Assembly (NCBI RefSeq): GCF_000015145.1 | Contig: NC_008818.1 | Coordinates: 780,001 to 812,000 of the forward strand | From: Hyperthermus butylicus DSM 5456 | GTDB lineage: Archaea; Thermoproteota; Thermoprotei_A; Sulfolobales; Pyrodictiaceae | Length of the DNA: 32,000 nucleotides | Reading direction: 5' to 3' | Shown: positions 1 to 9,724 of the stretch, one piece after another | How positions within the stretch are numbered: the stretch's first letter is position 1 | Layout of the letters: every line of letters begins with the position of its first letter | Position numbers and translations under genes: made by a program | Notes under the pieces: generated by a model | Database searches by the model: none | Seen by the model: the letters and a program-made list of their open reading frames with translations, nothing else | Told to the model about the DNA's origin: nothing

Positions 1-265
1 GAGGTTTTCCGGGCTCGCGGAGGGTGGGTAGCCTGGAGACGACGATGGAGGGGTTTGCCTTCTCAAGGGTCTCTATGTCTCCAGCTAGCTCGTCGTACAG
101 CTCGGCTGAGACAAAAACTATGGCCACATCCCTCCTAGACTGTAGGCTGCGTAGCACACCACGCGCCTCCTCAGCGTTGCCCACAGGGTAGCCCTCGACG
201 CCAAGCATTCTGAAGGCATAGACTGTATAGGGATCAGCAATGACTATCAGTTTCCTCTCAGCCAA
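1..265 (-). CDS. atpF: A/V-type ATP synthase subunit F (3' part truncated by window edge)
   Basis: Minus-strand translation from TTG at 265: LAERKLIVIADPYTVYAFRMLGVEGYPVGNAEEARGVLRSLQSRRDVAIVFVSAELYDELAGDIETLEKANP. Typical subunit F N-terminus; adjacent to subunit I. Confidence 0.8.
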   Translation of the reverse strand, partial: MAERKLIVIADPYTVYAFRMLGVEGYPVGNAEEARGVLRSLQSRRDVAIVFVSAELYDELAGDIETLEKANPSIVVSRLPTLREPGKP

Positions 266-303
266 GACTGGCTCTCCTAGACGGAGCGGCGCTGGGAGCT
301 AGT

Positions 304-312
304 ATTTATAAT
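304..312 (-). promoter_or_regulatory. TATA-like element upstream of atpF
   Basis: ATTTATAA about 40 nt upstream of the TTG start at 265, in the divergent gap to subunit I. Confidence 0.35.
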
Positions 313-387
313 TGCAGCAAGCCTTGAAGCTTTCCAGGCCGGGACCCCATTCAGCCGGGTAAGGCTGCTAATGTCCCCACTAGCTGG

Positions 388-2463
388 GTGGCGGTGTCGG
401 CTATGCAGGCCTCGCTGCTCGTAGCCCAAGCCACCGTCGAGGTCATAGTCGGAGTTCCCCGCGGCGAGTACGCTAGGACTGTTAAGGCTCTGGCTGAGAG
501 CAGTGTATTCCACCCCGAGCCCCTGGAAGGTATTGTTGCCCACGAGGTTAGGAGGCTCCGCAATGAGCTGGAGGCTGTGGCAGAGCGGCTCCGGCAGGCT
601 GCCACTGTCGCCGGTGTTGCTGCCGGCGGAGAGGCTGTGGTGAGGATTAAGAGTAGCAGTGATGCTGGGTTATCGGAGCTGCTACGCGAGCTATCCACGC
701 TAGCGTCAAGCGTGTCTGAACTCGTGGAGAAGCTAGCACAGCTCCAGAACCCCGAATCCGAGCTCTCTAAGAAGCTCCGCATCCTACAGTACTACGCGTT
801 CATAGATGTTGACCTAGAGAGGCTTACTAGAAGCCGCCACGTTAGAGCCAAGGTGTATCGCATACCGCTAGGTTTCGCCGAGGAGTTCATCGCTGAGCTG
901 TCAAGGGTCGAGGGTGTTGTAGTAGCCTACACCGACGGCATTGAGCCAGGCTACATGACTATCGTAGTAGTATACCCTGCCAGGCTCGAAACCGAGGTTG
1001 GCAAGGTTGCGCTACGACACCGCGCCGAGCCCCTAGAGATACCGGAAGACTGGCCACGGATCCCTGCGCGCGCCGTGGAGAGGGCTAGGAGGGAGCTAGA
1101 GGAGCTGCCGCGCCGCATAGGCGAGTACCGGCCACAGATTCTCCGCGCACTAACAGCTGTAGAGGCTGCTGTGAAACTACTCAGGCTACTGGAAGCCACC
1201 AAGTTTACGAGGACCGCAGCCTTCATCCACGGCTACGTTGATCCATCCCAGCTCGACAGGCTAGAGGAACAACTCCAGGACATAGGCGTCAAGGGCTTTG
1301 TGATCCTGGTACGAGAGGAGAGCCACCGCCACGGAAAACCCGGCCACGGCGAGGAGGAGCACGAAGCTAAGAGGACGCCGAGCTTCTACCGGGTAACAAA
1401 GCTGCTAGCACCCTTCGCCGACCTTCTCTCGATGTCTGGGCATCCCCGGCCGGGTGAGGTCGTACCAGTTGTATTGATGGCTATAACGCTCCCAGTAATC
1501 TATGGCCTCATGTTCCCCGACCTGGGCCACGGCCTGGTACTACTACTCGCCGGCTACTACCTGTTCTATAAGAGGATGGGCAACGTCAACCTTGGCAGAC
1601 TGGTAATGTACTTCGGTATCGCCGCAATGGTAACTGGATTCCTGGCTGGTGAGTTCTTCGGCCCCCACCCCGTTGTCGCCGGCTGGCTCTCAGAGGGTAT
1701 ATGGCATGGCCACCCACCGCTTGCTAGCCCCCTCCACGAGTTCGTAACAAAGCCCGCCGAGGAAGCTGCCGAAGCTGCAGTCCCGCTACTGTTCAACGCG
1801 ATATACTTGTCACTGCTCATTGGAGCACTAGTAATGACCGTCTCCTCGCTAATATCGATTGTCAATGGCGTACTGCTTGGCGACCGCGAGGTGCTAGTAG
1901 CGAGTATCGGGAAAACCCTCATCTTCGGCTCGATACTACTAGCATTAACCCTCGGTGCAGCCGCTGGAGCTGGAGCCGCAGTACTAGAGAGAGCTGCTGG
2001 TATACTAGCTGATGCCGGTATGTCCCTCGTGCCAGAAACTACTCTAGGCATGGTGGTTAGGCTGCTCTTCAGCATTGGCCTGCTAACGGTGCTAGTAGCC
2101 CCCATAGTGTTTGGCCATGGTGGCCTCGGCGAAAAGATCATAAACGGTTTGATGGAGGCCTTCGACATGCTACTAATGGCTATAGGCAATACGGCATCAT
2201 TCATGCGAATAATGGGTCTCATGCTGGCCCACAGCGGGCTAATGTTTGGCTTCACCATATTAGCAATGGTGGCTGGCCCCGTGCTGGGAGCAATAACCTA
2301 CATATTCGGCAACATACTGACGATAGGCCTGGAAGCCCTAGTAGCCTATGCGCACTCCCTCAGGCTGCACCTCTACGAAATGTTCAGCAAGTTCTACCTC
2401 GACGAAGGTAGGCCCTACCAGCCCCTCCAGCTGCCAGCAACCGTTAAGATTGAAGCTGCCTAG
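388..2463 (+). CDS. atpI: A/V-type ATP synthase subunit I
   Basis: 691 aa. Cytoplasmic coiled-coil N-half, then membrane C-half with PVVLMAITLPVIYGLMFPDLGHGL and MGLMLAHSGLMFGFTILAM, typical of the NtpI/a-subunit family. Confidence 0.9.
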   Translation: MAVSAMQASLLVAQATVEVIVGVPRGEYARTVKALAESSVFHPEPLEGIVAHEVRRLRNELEAVAERLRQAATVAGVAAGGEAVVRIKSSSDAGLSELLRELSTLASSVSELVEKLAQLQNPESELSKKLRILQYYAFIDVDLERLTRSRHVRAKVYRIPLGFAEEFIAELSRVEGVVVAYTDGIEPGYMTIVVVYPARLETEVGKVALRHRAEPLEIPEDWPRIPARAVERARRELEELPRRIGEYRPQILRALTAVEAAVKLLRLLEATKFTRTAAFIHGYVDPSQLDRLEEQLQDIGVKGFVILVREESHRHGKPGHGEEEHEAKRTPSFYRVTKLLAPFADLLSMSGHPRPGEVVPVVLMAITLPVIYGLMFPDLGHGLVLLLAGYYLFYKRMGNVNLGRLVMYFGIAAMVTGFLAGEFFGPHPVVAGWLSEGIWHGHPPLASPLHEFVTKPAEEAAEAAVPLLFNAIYLSLLIGALVMTVSSLISIVNGVLLGDREVLVASIGKTLIFGSILLALTLGAAAGAGAAVLERAAGILADAGMSLVPETTLGMVVRLLFSIGLLTVLVAPIVFGHGGLGEKIINGLMEAFDMLLMAIGNTASFMRIMGLMLAHSGLMFGFTILAMVAGPVLGAITYIFGNILTIGLEALVAYAHSLRLHLYEMFSKFYLDEGRPYQPLQLPATVKIEAA

Positions 2464-2800
2464 CGCCAGGGTACACGAGGACCCATACTCTTTTAGCATC
2501 AAACTTCTCCTTACACAGTACCTCCCACACTACGCTACACGCGCCAAGGTTGGCGACGAGCCTTCACCCCAATGGTTAGGCCACCACCCTACCTTCACCG
2601 GCAACCATTCGCTCATCCTTAACGCTTGCCACTCCGAATCCGGCTAGTCCCACAATATCCTCTAGAGGACAATGCTGTATAAGTTCGATACTACCGCTGG
2701 CACTCTATGGAAGCCGCCAAGAGCCTCCATGGCGAGTGCGATGTGTAGGGTATCCTTTTAGCCGCGATGAGGCTTGGCTACGTGCCGGGCTGGCAGCGGC

Positions 2801-3796
2801 ATGCCCCTCATAGACTATAGGCAAGCCGCACGTGTCGCAGAGGTTTTCAAACCGATTGTCAAGTCCTATGCATCGAGCCCGGATACTTTTACCGATCCAC
2901 GCTTCTACCCTGAACCTAGCGCTGATAGTGAGACTGTAGCATTGTACTTCCTGGTAATGGTTGCTATGGATCACCGGCTCTCCAGACCCGGGAGGCCCTA
3001 CGAGGCTGTCATCGATGGCGAAAAGTTTCACGGTGCAGACCTCCTCTACCGGCTTGGCATGCTGAAGCTTGAGCGTGACCCAGACTTCTTCACCGCCGAT
3101 AGGCTCGAGAGGATCACCCCGGAAGAGGTCCGTGCATGGCTCTGCGTAGGCTCGGTATGCCCACCAGATCCCGCGTTGAGAGCTAGCCTTCTCCGCGACC
3201 TTGGCCGCAAGCTCAGGCTACTATACGGTGGTAGTGCGCTTAGACTCCTAGAAGAGTCCAGGGGGCTTCTCCATAGCTGGGACCCGGATTCTCCAGGCTT
3301 TGTCGAGAGGCTACGTGTCTTTGAAGCCTATGGCGACCCGGTGGAGAAGAAGGCTATGCTCCTGGCGAAGTTCCTGGAGAGAAGGGGGCTCCTGAGAATC
3401 CGTGATCCATGGAATAAGCGGGTACCTGTAGATAACCATGTGGTAAGAATTGCACTGAGGCTTGGACTTGTAGTACTTGAAGAACCCCTTCGCATCAAGG
3501 CTGAAAGGAAGGAAGACTTCACGCCATGGGAGGATATAGCTGTGAGAATAGCTGTGCGCGAAGCCTGGCACTATGTTGCCACGCGGACGGAAGTAGATGA
3601 CTTCCTACTAGACGACATCCTCTGGACTATGGGGCGTAAAGTCTGCATACATGGTAGACCGAAATGCAGCAACTGCCAGAGCCACATCATCTGTAGAGGA
3701 GGGAGCCGCTGCCTACTAGCTGGCATATGCCCTGTTGGTCTTGGAGCTGCAGAGGCTATTGACGAGCCAGTATTCTACGACACATGGTGGTACTAA
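2801..3796 (+). CDS. Endonuclease III / HhH-GPD-like protein with [4Fe-4S] cluster loop (annotated ORF opens at 2774; start may be 2774 or 2801)
   Basis: C-terminal CIHGRPKCSNCQSHIIC fits C-X6-C-X2-C-X5-C of the EndoIII/MutY cluster loop; VPVDNHVVRIALRLGLV resembles the catalytic-Asp segment VDTHV; the canonical LPGVGxKTA hairpin is not recognisable. Confidence 0.65.
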   Translation: MPLIDYRQAARVAEVFKPIVKSYASSPDTFTDPRFYPEPSADSETVALYFLVMVAMDHRLSRPGRPYEAVIDGEKFHGADLLYRLGMLKLERDPDFFTADRLERITPEEVRAWLCVGSVCPPDPALRASLLRDLGRKLRLLYGGSALRLLEESRGLLHSWDPDSPGFVERLRVFEAYGDPVEKKAMLLAKFLERRGLLRIRDPWNKRVPVDNHVVRIALRLGLVVLEEPLRIKAERKEDFTPWEDIAVRIAVREAWHYVATRTEVDDFLLDDILWTMGRKVCIHGRPKCSNCQSHIICRGGSRCLLAGICPVGLGAAEAIDEPVFYDTWWY

Positions 3797-3927
3797 CAAG
3801 CGCATGGTGTGCTACAGCAATGCCATCCACACCTAAATGCTGCAAGTGTCAATGCTAACTGTTACCCCGCTAGTATTATCGTCCGCCTAAATACGGTAGA
3901 TGTATCGTCCCTAGAGGCGAGTAGACG

Positions 3928-5139
3928 ATGAGCCCCGCTAGTCCCATCCAAGGGTTTGTTGCTGCCTACGTTTTACTGGTAGCTGCGCTGCTTGCTAGGT
4001 TGGGAGCTGTTGAGTCCATAGCTCTGCTGATAGCATCCTATACAGTCTTTACCTGGAGTTGGCGCGAGCTAGCGGGTTCGCTAGCAACTATAGCTACTAG
4101 CTGGAATGACTTACGTGTCTTTGTATTCATATTTGAGAGCATACTACTAGCAGGTCTGCTGAAGGAGAAGCAGGTTCTAGACAAGCTAGTGAATTCGATG
4201 GGCATACTGGGCTGCCGGTTTAGCTTTGCAGCTGTACCAGCTGTTGTAGGCCTCCTACCAATGCCTGGAGGTGCCCTCGTATCAGCCATAGCTATGAGGA
4301 AGAGGTACCTCGAAGAGGCACGTCTTAGCCCCGAGGCAGCCACCTATATCAACTACTGGTTTCGCCATGTCTGGGTTCCGAGTTGGCCCCTCTTCCAAAG
4401 TGCAGTCATAACAGCTACTATATTCGCTGTAGACCCCGTCGAACTTGTAAGACATACTTGGCCCGCGTCGATAGCAGCTATAGCTGCGGGAGGCCTCATA
4501 GCTTATATTATTACGAGGCACGCGTCATGTCCACGCAGCAGAGCGAGGATACAAGATCTAGTTGCCAGCATTTCACCATTCCTAGCAATAGCTCTTCTAG
4601 TGTTTAGCCTAGGCATCCCTCTCCTCTTGAGCCTAACCCTAGTTCTTGCAGCAACAATCACAGTACTAAGGCCTAACAGGAAGGAGTTCATGGCAGCATT
4701 AAAGCTCGCTACGAAGCCGAGAATACATGCAGTGCTTCTTGAAGCACTCATGTTCAAGAATTTGCTTCTAGCAACTAACGCGCCAGGCGAGCTACTTAGC
4801 ATGCTCTTAGAGAGGGAGCTGCCTATTGAGGCTATAGTTTACCTGCTTCCGTTCATAGTCGGGCTTAGTGCTGGTGGCGAAAACTTCTTTGCAGCTGTAG
4901 CGATGCCTCTACTAGCCTCAGTAATAGCAAGTAGCGGAGCTATAGACTGGAAGCTGATGATTATAGCCTATACTGGGGGCCACATGGGTGTAATGGCTAG
5001 CCCTGTACACCTATGCCTTGCACTGACAGTGGAGTACTACGAGGCAAAGCTGGGGAAGACATTGGCGTATACGCTAGCATCAATAGCCGTTGCAACCGCG
5101 TTACTAGCAGCAATACTAGCCCTAACTCGACTATATTGA
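3928..5139 (+). CDS. DUF401-family integral membrane protein (COG1906-like)
   Basis: 403 aa polytopic; GLLPMPGGALVSA and NYWFRHVWVPSWPLFQ motifs, permease-like. Confidence 0.7.
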   Translation: MSPASPIQGFVAAYVLLVAALLARLGAVESIALLIASYTVFTWSWRELAGSLATIATSWNDLRVFVFIFESILLAGLLKEKQVLDKLVNSMGILGCRFSFAAVPAVVGLLPMPGGALVSAIAMRKRYLEEARLSPEAATYINYWFRHVWVPSWPLFQSAVITATIFAVDPVELVRHTWPASIAAIAAGGLIAYIITRHASCPRSRARIQDLVASISPFLAIALLVFSLGIPLLLSLTLVLAATITVLRPNRKEFMAALKLATKPRIHAVLLEALMFKNLLLATNAPGELLSMLLERELPIEAIVYLLPFIVGLSAGGENFFAAVAMPLLASVIASSGAIDWKLMIIAYTGGHMGVMASPVHLCLALTVEYYEAKLGKTLAYTLASIAVATALLAAILALTRLY

Positions 5140-5180
5140 GAAAGGATCTATCTCTTCCATAGCTGCTGATTGTGCTAGAG

Positions 5181-6335
5181 TTAGTTTTGCGGCTTTGTTA
5201 CCACAATTCTCCTGGCTCGGAGCGCTTGCATCATAGCGATAGTTGTTAGTATAGCTATAGCTCCGTAGGCTGCTGTGTAGCCATAGCTTCCAGCTATCTT
5301 TGATACTACGAAGAGGCCTAGCGCTCCTCCGAGATCGAAGCCTAGGACGTATACTCCTATAGCACGGTTGCCTAGGCTTGGCGGCACGCTGGTGCTCGCC
5401 AGTAGCTGGTGGCCCGGTATACATAGTCCGGAGCCAAAACCATAGAGTGGTGCTGCTAGATAGGCTAGATAGGAGCCCATACCAGCCACGAGGACCGTAA
5501 AGCTGATTGTTTCAAGAATGTAGCCTATTGTGAGCAAGAGCCAGGCGGGATATCGGGAGTACAGTCTACCTGATGAGAGTCTAGAGATGAATGCCGTAGC
5601 TGCTAGGAGTGCCTGGTACATACCGTAGGCCGTTGCGGAATAGCCTGCGTCGCGGAAGTGCATCTGCACTATCGAGGCCATCGTGAAGAATGCTACGCCA
5701 TCTACGAGGGCTAGGCTTGTGGCGAGTAACAGTACAGGGTTCTCCACGAGAAGACTCCACGCGCTTACCCTTCTCTCGCCACCGCTGCTGCCTTGGACGC
5801 GTAGGCTTGGAAGACTCGTAGAGATTGCTGCGCCAACCAGAGCTACCAGGCTTGCAGCGGTAAACGCTGCATAGTAGCCCACATTGTCTACAAGTATGCC
5901 GGCTGTTACCGGGCCTGCTACGGTTGCAGCATTCAGCGTTGCCGACCTGTATGCTATGCCATGAGCTGCCCTGCCCTCCGAGAACACAACGGCAGCATAT
6001 ATTGAGGGGCCTATGAAGAACGCGTTCGCGATACCCTGCAGCATCCTCACTGCTAGAAAGTCCGTGAGGCTTTTCGCCCTGGCCGCGAGTACCGCTGCCA
6101 CCGCGCCAGTCGCAACACCAAGAGCTAGGAGCGGCTTTGCACCGTAGCGGTCTGCTAGGCTTCCAACCGGCAGCCTGAGCGCCGCAGCTACAAGCGGCGT
6201 TATCGCTATGATCCAGCCGGATACGGTAACACTAAGACCTGTATCCCTCATATAGCGGGCTATTACCGAGTTAAGCATACTCACTGCCATGAAGTGGGAG
6301 AATACCAGCACCAGTAACAGGTAGAGCCTACGCAA
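5181..6335 (-). CDS. Major facilitator superfamily transporter
   Basis: 384 aa, about 12 hydrophobic segments, GSLADRYGAKPLLALG (MFS motif A-like). Confidence 0.85.
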   Translation of the reverse strand: MRRLYLLLVLVFSHFMAVSMLNSVIARYMRDTGLSVTVSGWIIAITPLVAAALRLPVGSLADRYGAKPLLALGVATGAVAAVLAARAKSLTDFLAVRMLQGIANAFFIGPSIYAAVVFSEGRAAHGIAYRSATLNAATVAGPVTAGILVDNVGYYAAFTAASLVALVGAAISTSLPSLRVQGSSGGERRVSAWSLLVENPVLLLATSLALVDGVAFFTMASIVQMHFRDAGYSATAYGMYQALLAATAFISRLSSGRLYSRYPAWLLLTIGYILETISFTVLVAGMGSYLAYLAAPLYGFGSGLCIPGHQLLASTSVPPSLGNRAIGVYVLGFDLGGALGLFVVSKIAGSYGYTAAYGAIAILTTIAMMQALRARRIVVTKPQN

Positions 6336-6395
6336 CAGCCTAACCCTAGGGGAAGCACACCCTCCTCCGGAACCAGCTTATGGGATTAGTGTTAG

Positions 6396-7037
6396 CTAGT
6401 GTCCAATACGTACACGCCGCAAAACCTCCGCCATGAGGCTAGCCTCAGCTAGCTCCTCAAGAACCTCAAGTCTATCCACAGCCTCGTAGATGGCCTGCCT
6501 GGGATCGTCGGATACGCCTACAGCTACCGCTCCATGCTTCTCGAGGATGGCTACGTTGCAATCCTTGAGCGCCGAGGCTACAGCTTCTGCGAGCTGCTCA
6601 GAGCCGGGCTCGTATGCACCAACCCTACCCACGCAGCCCCCAAGGTAGTACTTGGCCTCGACGCCTAGGAGATTTGGGTCCAACTCGACGCCGAGTGCTG
6701 CAGCGAGAACCGCCCGGGTGTTATGAGCGTGGACAACTGCCCTTACATTGCTGCGGCTGCGGTAGACTGCTAGGTGCATACGGTACTCGATGCTAGGCTT
6801 TCCCTCGTAAACCGTGCCGTCAAGCCCTATGACTGCTATATCCTCGGGGCTGAGTAGCGGCTTAACCGCCCCACTAGGCGTTATATAGATGAACGTAGTG
6901 CCGTCGGGCAACGTAACCCTTACACTTGCATTACCTCCAAGCAGGTTTACGAGCCCACGGTCATGCAGGATCCTCATAGCTTCAACAAGTGCCCTACGCA
7001 CCTCAAGCCCTATAGGCCTATCCAACACCGACTCCAC
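6396..7037 (-). CDS. Class II aldolase/adducin family protein (L-fuculose-phosphate aldolase-like)
   Basis: 213 aa; LGGNASVRV, PSGAVKPLLSPEDIAVI, HLAVYRSRSNVRAVVHAHNTRAVLAAA zinc/active-site pattern. Confidence 0.85.
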   Translation of the reverse strand: MESVLDRPIGLEVRRALVEAMRILHDRGLVNLLGGNASVRVTLPDGTTFIYITPSGAVKPLLSPEDIAVIGLDGTVYEGKPSIEYRMHLAVYRSRSNVRAVVHAHNTRAVLAAALGVELDPNLLGVEAKYYLGGCVGRVGAYEPGSEQLAEAVASALKDCNVAILEKHGAVAVGVSDDPRQAIYEAVDRLEVLEELAEASLMAEVLRRVRIGH

Positions 7038-7134
7038 CCACCAGGCAGCAACACGCTGGGAAGGCCCCTTCTAAAGACTAGCCGATTATCTAGAGCCCCG
7101 CCGAAACAACACCATAAGCAACGTAGGAGTACTC

Positions 7135-7166
7135 GGTAATACTGGGGGCAAGACTCCAGTATTACC
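7135..7166. repeat. Perfect 11-bp inverted repeat (10-nt spacer)
   Basis: GGTAATACTGG-gggcaagact-CCAGTATTACC in the gap between the divergent 6396..7037(-) and 7312..7629(+). Confidence 0.8.
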
Positions 7167-7311
7167 CTGTCCACCCTTCAAACCGCTAGTAGTACAGCAC
7201 CGTCCCCCCTCCTTGACGGGTTGTAGGGTCTTATCGGACCCACCGGAGTCCTACTAGCACTTCTGCATAAGCCTACGGGGTGAATAGTTACAGAGACCCC
7301 GGTGCCCCCTC

Positions 7312-7629
7312 GTGCCAATCGTGTATAGGTGTAGGAACTGCGGGTTCATCCTCCACGTATTCGTGAAGGTTGGCCAGAACAGCTACGGTGTGCCCACGCC
7401 AAGCGAGCTAGCCTCATGGTATGGTGGTATTTGCCCCATGTGCGGCCATCCCCTTGGAAGGCCAGGGCTTGACGACATAGTGGTTAAGCCGAATGGCATG
7501 GAGGAGCTGAAGTACGTGCTTGAGGAGGCGAGACTGAGGATGAAGATAAGCTTTAGGAGTATTGAGAAGATACTAAGCCAAATCTCGGTACCCCGCTCCA
7601 CAGTCTCAGAAACCGAGGCCGTCGCGTAA
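7312..7629 (+). CDS. Small zinc-ribbon protein, archaeal hypothetical
   Basis: 105 aa with CRNC...CPMC: YRCRNCGFILHVF...GGICPMCGHPLGRPGLDDI. Confidence 0.65.
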   Translation: MPIVYRCRNCGFILHVFVKVGQNSYGVPTPSELASWYGGICPMCGHPLGRPGLDDIVVKPNGMEELKYVLEEARLRMKISFRSIEKILSQISVPRSTVSETEAVA

Positions 7630-7726
7630 GCCGCCTAGAAGGGCTCAGGCGGGATCGAGGCTCCGCATCCCCCTATCCCTGGGGCTCGGTGCAGGCTACA
7701 TTCATCAGAGCCCCTCGCTAAGGCTC

Positions 7727-8707
7727 CTACATGTTTTTGAAGTTGTCCCAGCCTCTTACGGAGAGTGTTCTCCCCCTATACGTTATCCCCTGTGGGCCCT
7801 CCCTAAGCCTACCTATTCTCGCCACAGCAAGGCCCAGCGTTGCAGCCCTCTCCTCAACTAGTTTTTCGCATCCACCCCGCACAGCGAAGATTACCTCATA
7901 CTCCTGACCGCCGTAGAGCGCGAGCTCCAAGGGGTCCACACCATACTCCTCGGCGTAGCGTAGCGCCTCCGGTTCTACCGGTATATTCTCAAGCTCTACC
8001 AGCGCATGTGCAGCTTCTGCTATTTTACCGAGGCTATAGGCGAGCCCATCGCTAGAATCTGTGGCTGCTGTTATGCAGCCAGTGCCTGCAAGTTCTACGA
8101 ATTCTAGCCGGGCCCTGGGCCTGGCGAACTCGCTGAAGGCCCTCGGATAAGCCTCCATGGCTTCTCGCCAGCGGCCCTTGGCGAGCGAGTCGAGGACGAG
8201 CCCCGCGAGGCCTATGCGTCCGGTAGTCACATAGACTGTGTCTCCCGGAGAGGCTTGCAGCCCTACGGGCTTCTCGGCGAGCCCTACTGCGGCGACGTCT
8301 ATCCAGCCACAGTTGCTGCAGCTGTTGGTGTCTCCGCCAAGGAGCCAGGCGCCATGAGCTTGCGCCGCCTCAGCTGCCCCCCGCACTATGCCTTTGAGGG
8401 TCTCAATATCCTCGCCCGGGTCCAGGCCTAGGGAGACAGCGAAAGCTAGCGGCTTAGCCCCCTTGGCTACTAGGTCGCTCGCTGCAGCAGCAACAGCCTG
8501 CCAGCCAATATCGGCTGGCTCCATCCAGGGCGCCCATAGCGAGGCCAGACTACCACCATCAATCTTGAGTATGAGGTTTTGGAAACCACCGCCTACACAC
8601 GCAGCATCGTCGCCAGGCCCTAGGCTCGGGCAACGCCACTGCCCAGCAAGTATTTCTTCTATGAGTCTTTTCACCGCCTCGTGTTCACCAAGCTCGCTGA
8701 GCTTCAA
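7727..8707 (-). CDS. thiL: Thiamine-monophosphate kinase
   Basis: LSELGEHEAVKRLIEEI, GPGDDAACVG, KPLAFAVSLGL, GGDTNSC, SDSSDGLAYSLG, GGQEYEVIFAV. Likely start is the TTG at 8707, overlapping the upstream stop as TTGA (the track ORF opens at 8794). Confidence 0.9.
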   Translation of the reverse strand: MKLSELGEHEAVKRLIEEILAGQWRCPSLGPGDDAACVGGGFQNLILKIDGGSLASLWAPWMEPADIGWQAVAAAASDLVAKGAKPLAFAVSLGLDPGEDIETLKGIVRGAAEAAQAHGAWLLGGDTNSCSNCGWIDVAAVGLAEKPVGLQASPGDTVYVTTGRIGLAGLVLDSLAKGRWREAMEAYPRAFSEFARPRARLEFVELAGTGCITAATDSSDGLAYSLGKIAEAAHALVELENIPVEPEALRYAEEYGVDPLELALYGGQEYEVIFAVRGGCEKLVEERAATLGLAVARIGRLREGPQGITYRGRTLSVRGWDNFKNM

Positions 8708-9588
8708 GCTGGTTTGCCCCACGTTGATAGTGGGGTCTTGGAGGCTAGTCCTGTGAAGCCCGAGGAGCGGAGCGCCTCCAGGATGCGGCTCCACGCTGTA
8801 CTACTAGCTGTCACGACAACGCTTCCAACGCGTTCTATGCTCAGGAGGCTCACATCGCTACGCTCTACGATGACTTTTGCACCAGCCTCGGCAGCAAACC
8901 AGACAGCCGCTGCGACGTCGACTGTACGGAGGCGGCCCCGGACATCAACGAATAGTTCCGCCCTGCCCATGCCTGCCCATGCTATTTCCAGGCTGGCACT
9001 TCCCAGAGCCCTCACGCTCCGCTTATCACCAGTGAGCGCAAGGTAGCTGTGAACAGCGCGGGCCTGCTCTGGAGTTTCAACGTAGGCTAGTACGAGCCTA
9101 TCATTCTGTTGCAGCTTGACACGAGCACCGCCCTCAAACGCGCCGTGGCCCCGGGCGAAGCTGAGTATAGGCCATGGGAAAACCGGGGCGATAGCACCGG
9201 CGACGATGCTAGAGAGGCGAGCATCACCATTCTCTACCAAGGCTATAGCTATGCTTACAGCACTCCAAGGTATGAGGGAGGCATAATTCTTACTCCCATC
9301 CAGGGGATCCGCAACCACGAGGAGAGGATCGTTGCCGAGTTTAACGACACCACTCTCCTCGCCGACAAATATGCCGCGGAACCCCTCGGCATGGAGGAGT
9401 TCCACTATGTTCCTCTCGCTCTCAACGTCGATCCTCATGCCTTCATCCGAGTCGTGCTCATGCACTGTGACGACGTGGAGTACCTCCTCAATACCGAAGC
9501 GGTCACGTAGAAACGCCGCAGCTTCGCCAGCAACACGTACAGCTAGGCGGCGCAGGTCCTCGAGGCTCCGGCGCTCGGGAAGCTCCAC
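8704..9588 (-). CDS. Inositol monophosphatase / FBPase-IV family phosphatase
   Basis: 294 aa; IFVGEESG, VVADPLDGSKNYASLIPWSAVSIAI, VRGRLRTVDVAAAVWFAAEAGAKV (IMPase motifs). Confidence 0.85.
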   Translation of the reverse strand: MELPERRSLEDLRRLAVRVAGEAAAFLRDRFGIEEVLHVVTVHEHDSDEGMRIDVESERNIVELLHAEGFRGIFVGEESGVVKLGNDPLLVVADPLDGSKNYASLIPWSAVSIAIALVENGDARLSSIVAGAIAPVFPWPILSFARGHGAFEGGARVKLQQNDRLVLAYVETPEQARAVHSYLALTGDKRSVRALGSASLEIAWAGMGRAELFVDVRGRLRTVDVAAAVWFAAEAGAKVIVERSDVSLLSIERVGSVVVTASSTAWSRILEALRSSGFTGLASKTPLSTWGKPA

Positions 9589-9724
9589 CCAGGCCTCCCA
9601 CCCGGCCAGCTGGGCTAACCCCCTTTATCCATATTCTCCACGGCGGAATAGAGTTTCTACAAGAACACACTATAGGTAACACTGTATATCATCACTGTAT
9701 ACTATTGGGCTCTGCAGTCCTAGC

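Noticed and set aside
1566-2258. 230-aa minus-strand ORF inside the subunit I gene
   Set aside because: Antisense to a well-supported conserved gene; low-complexity Ser/Pro/Thr-rich product typical of shadow ORFs in GC-rich DNA.
2705-3031. 108-aa minus-strand ORF over the 5' end of the EndoIII-like gene
   Set aside because: No motif, overlaps the Fe-S loop gene start, and upstream DNA has no clear promoter.
8388-9510. Plus-strand ORFs 8388..8756, 8681..9046 and 9109..9510
   Set aside because: All antisense to thiL and the IMPase-family gene, both of which carry full motif sets.
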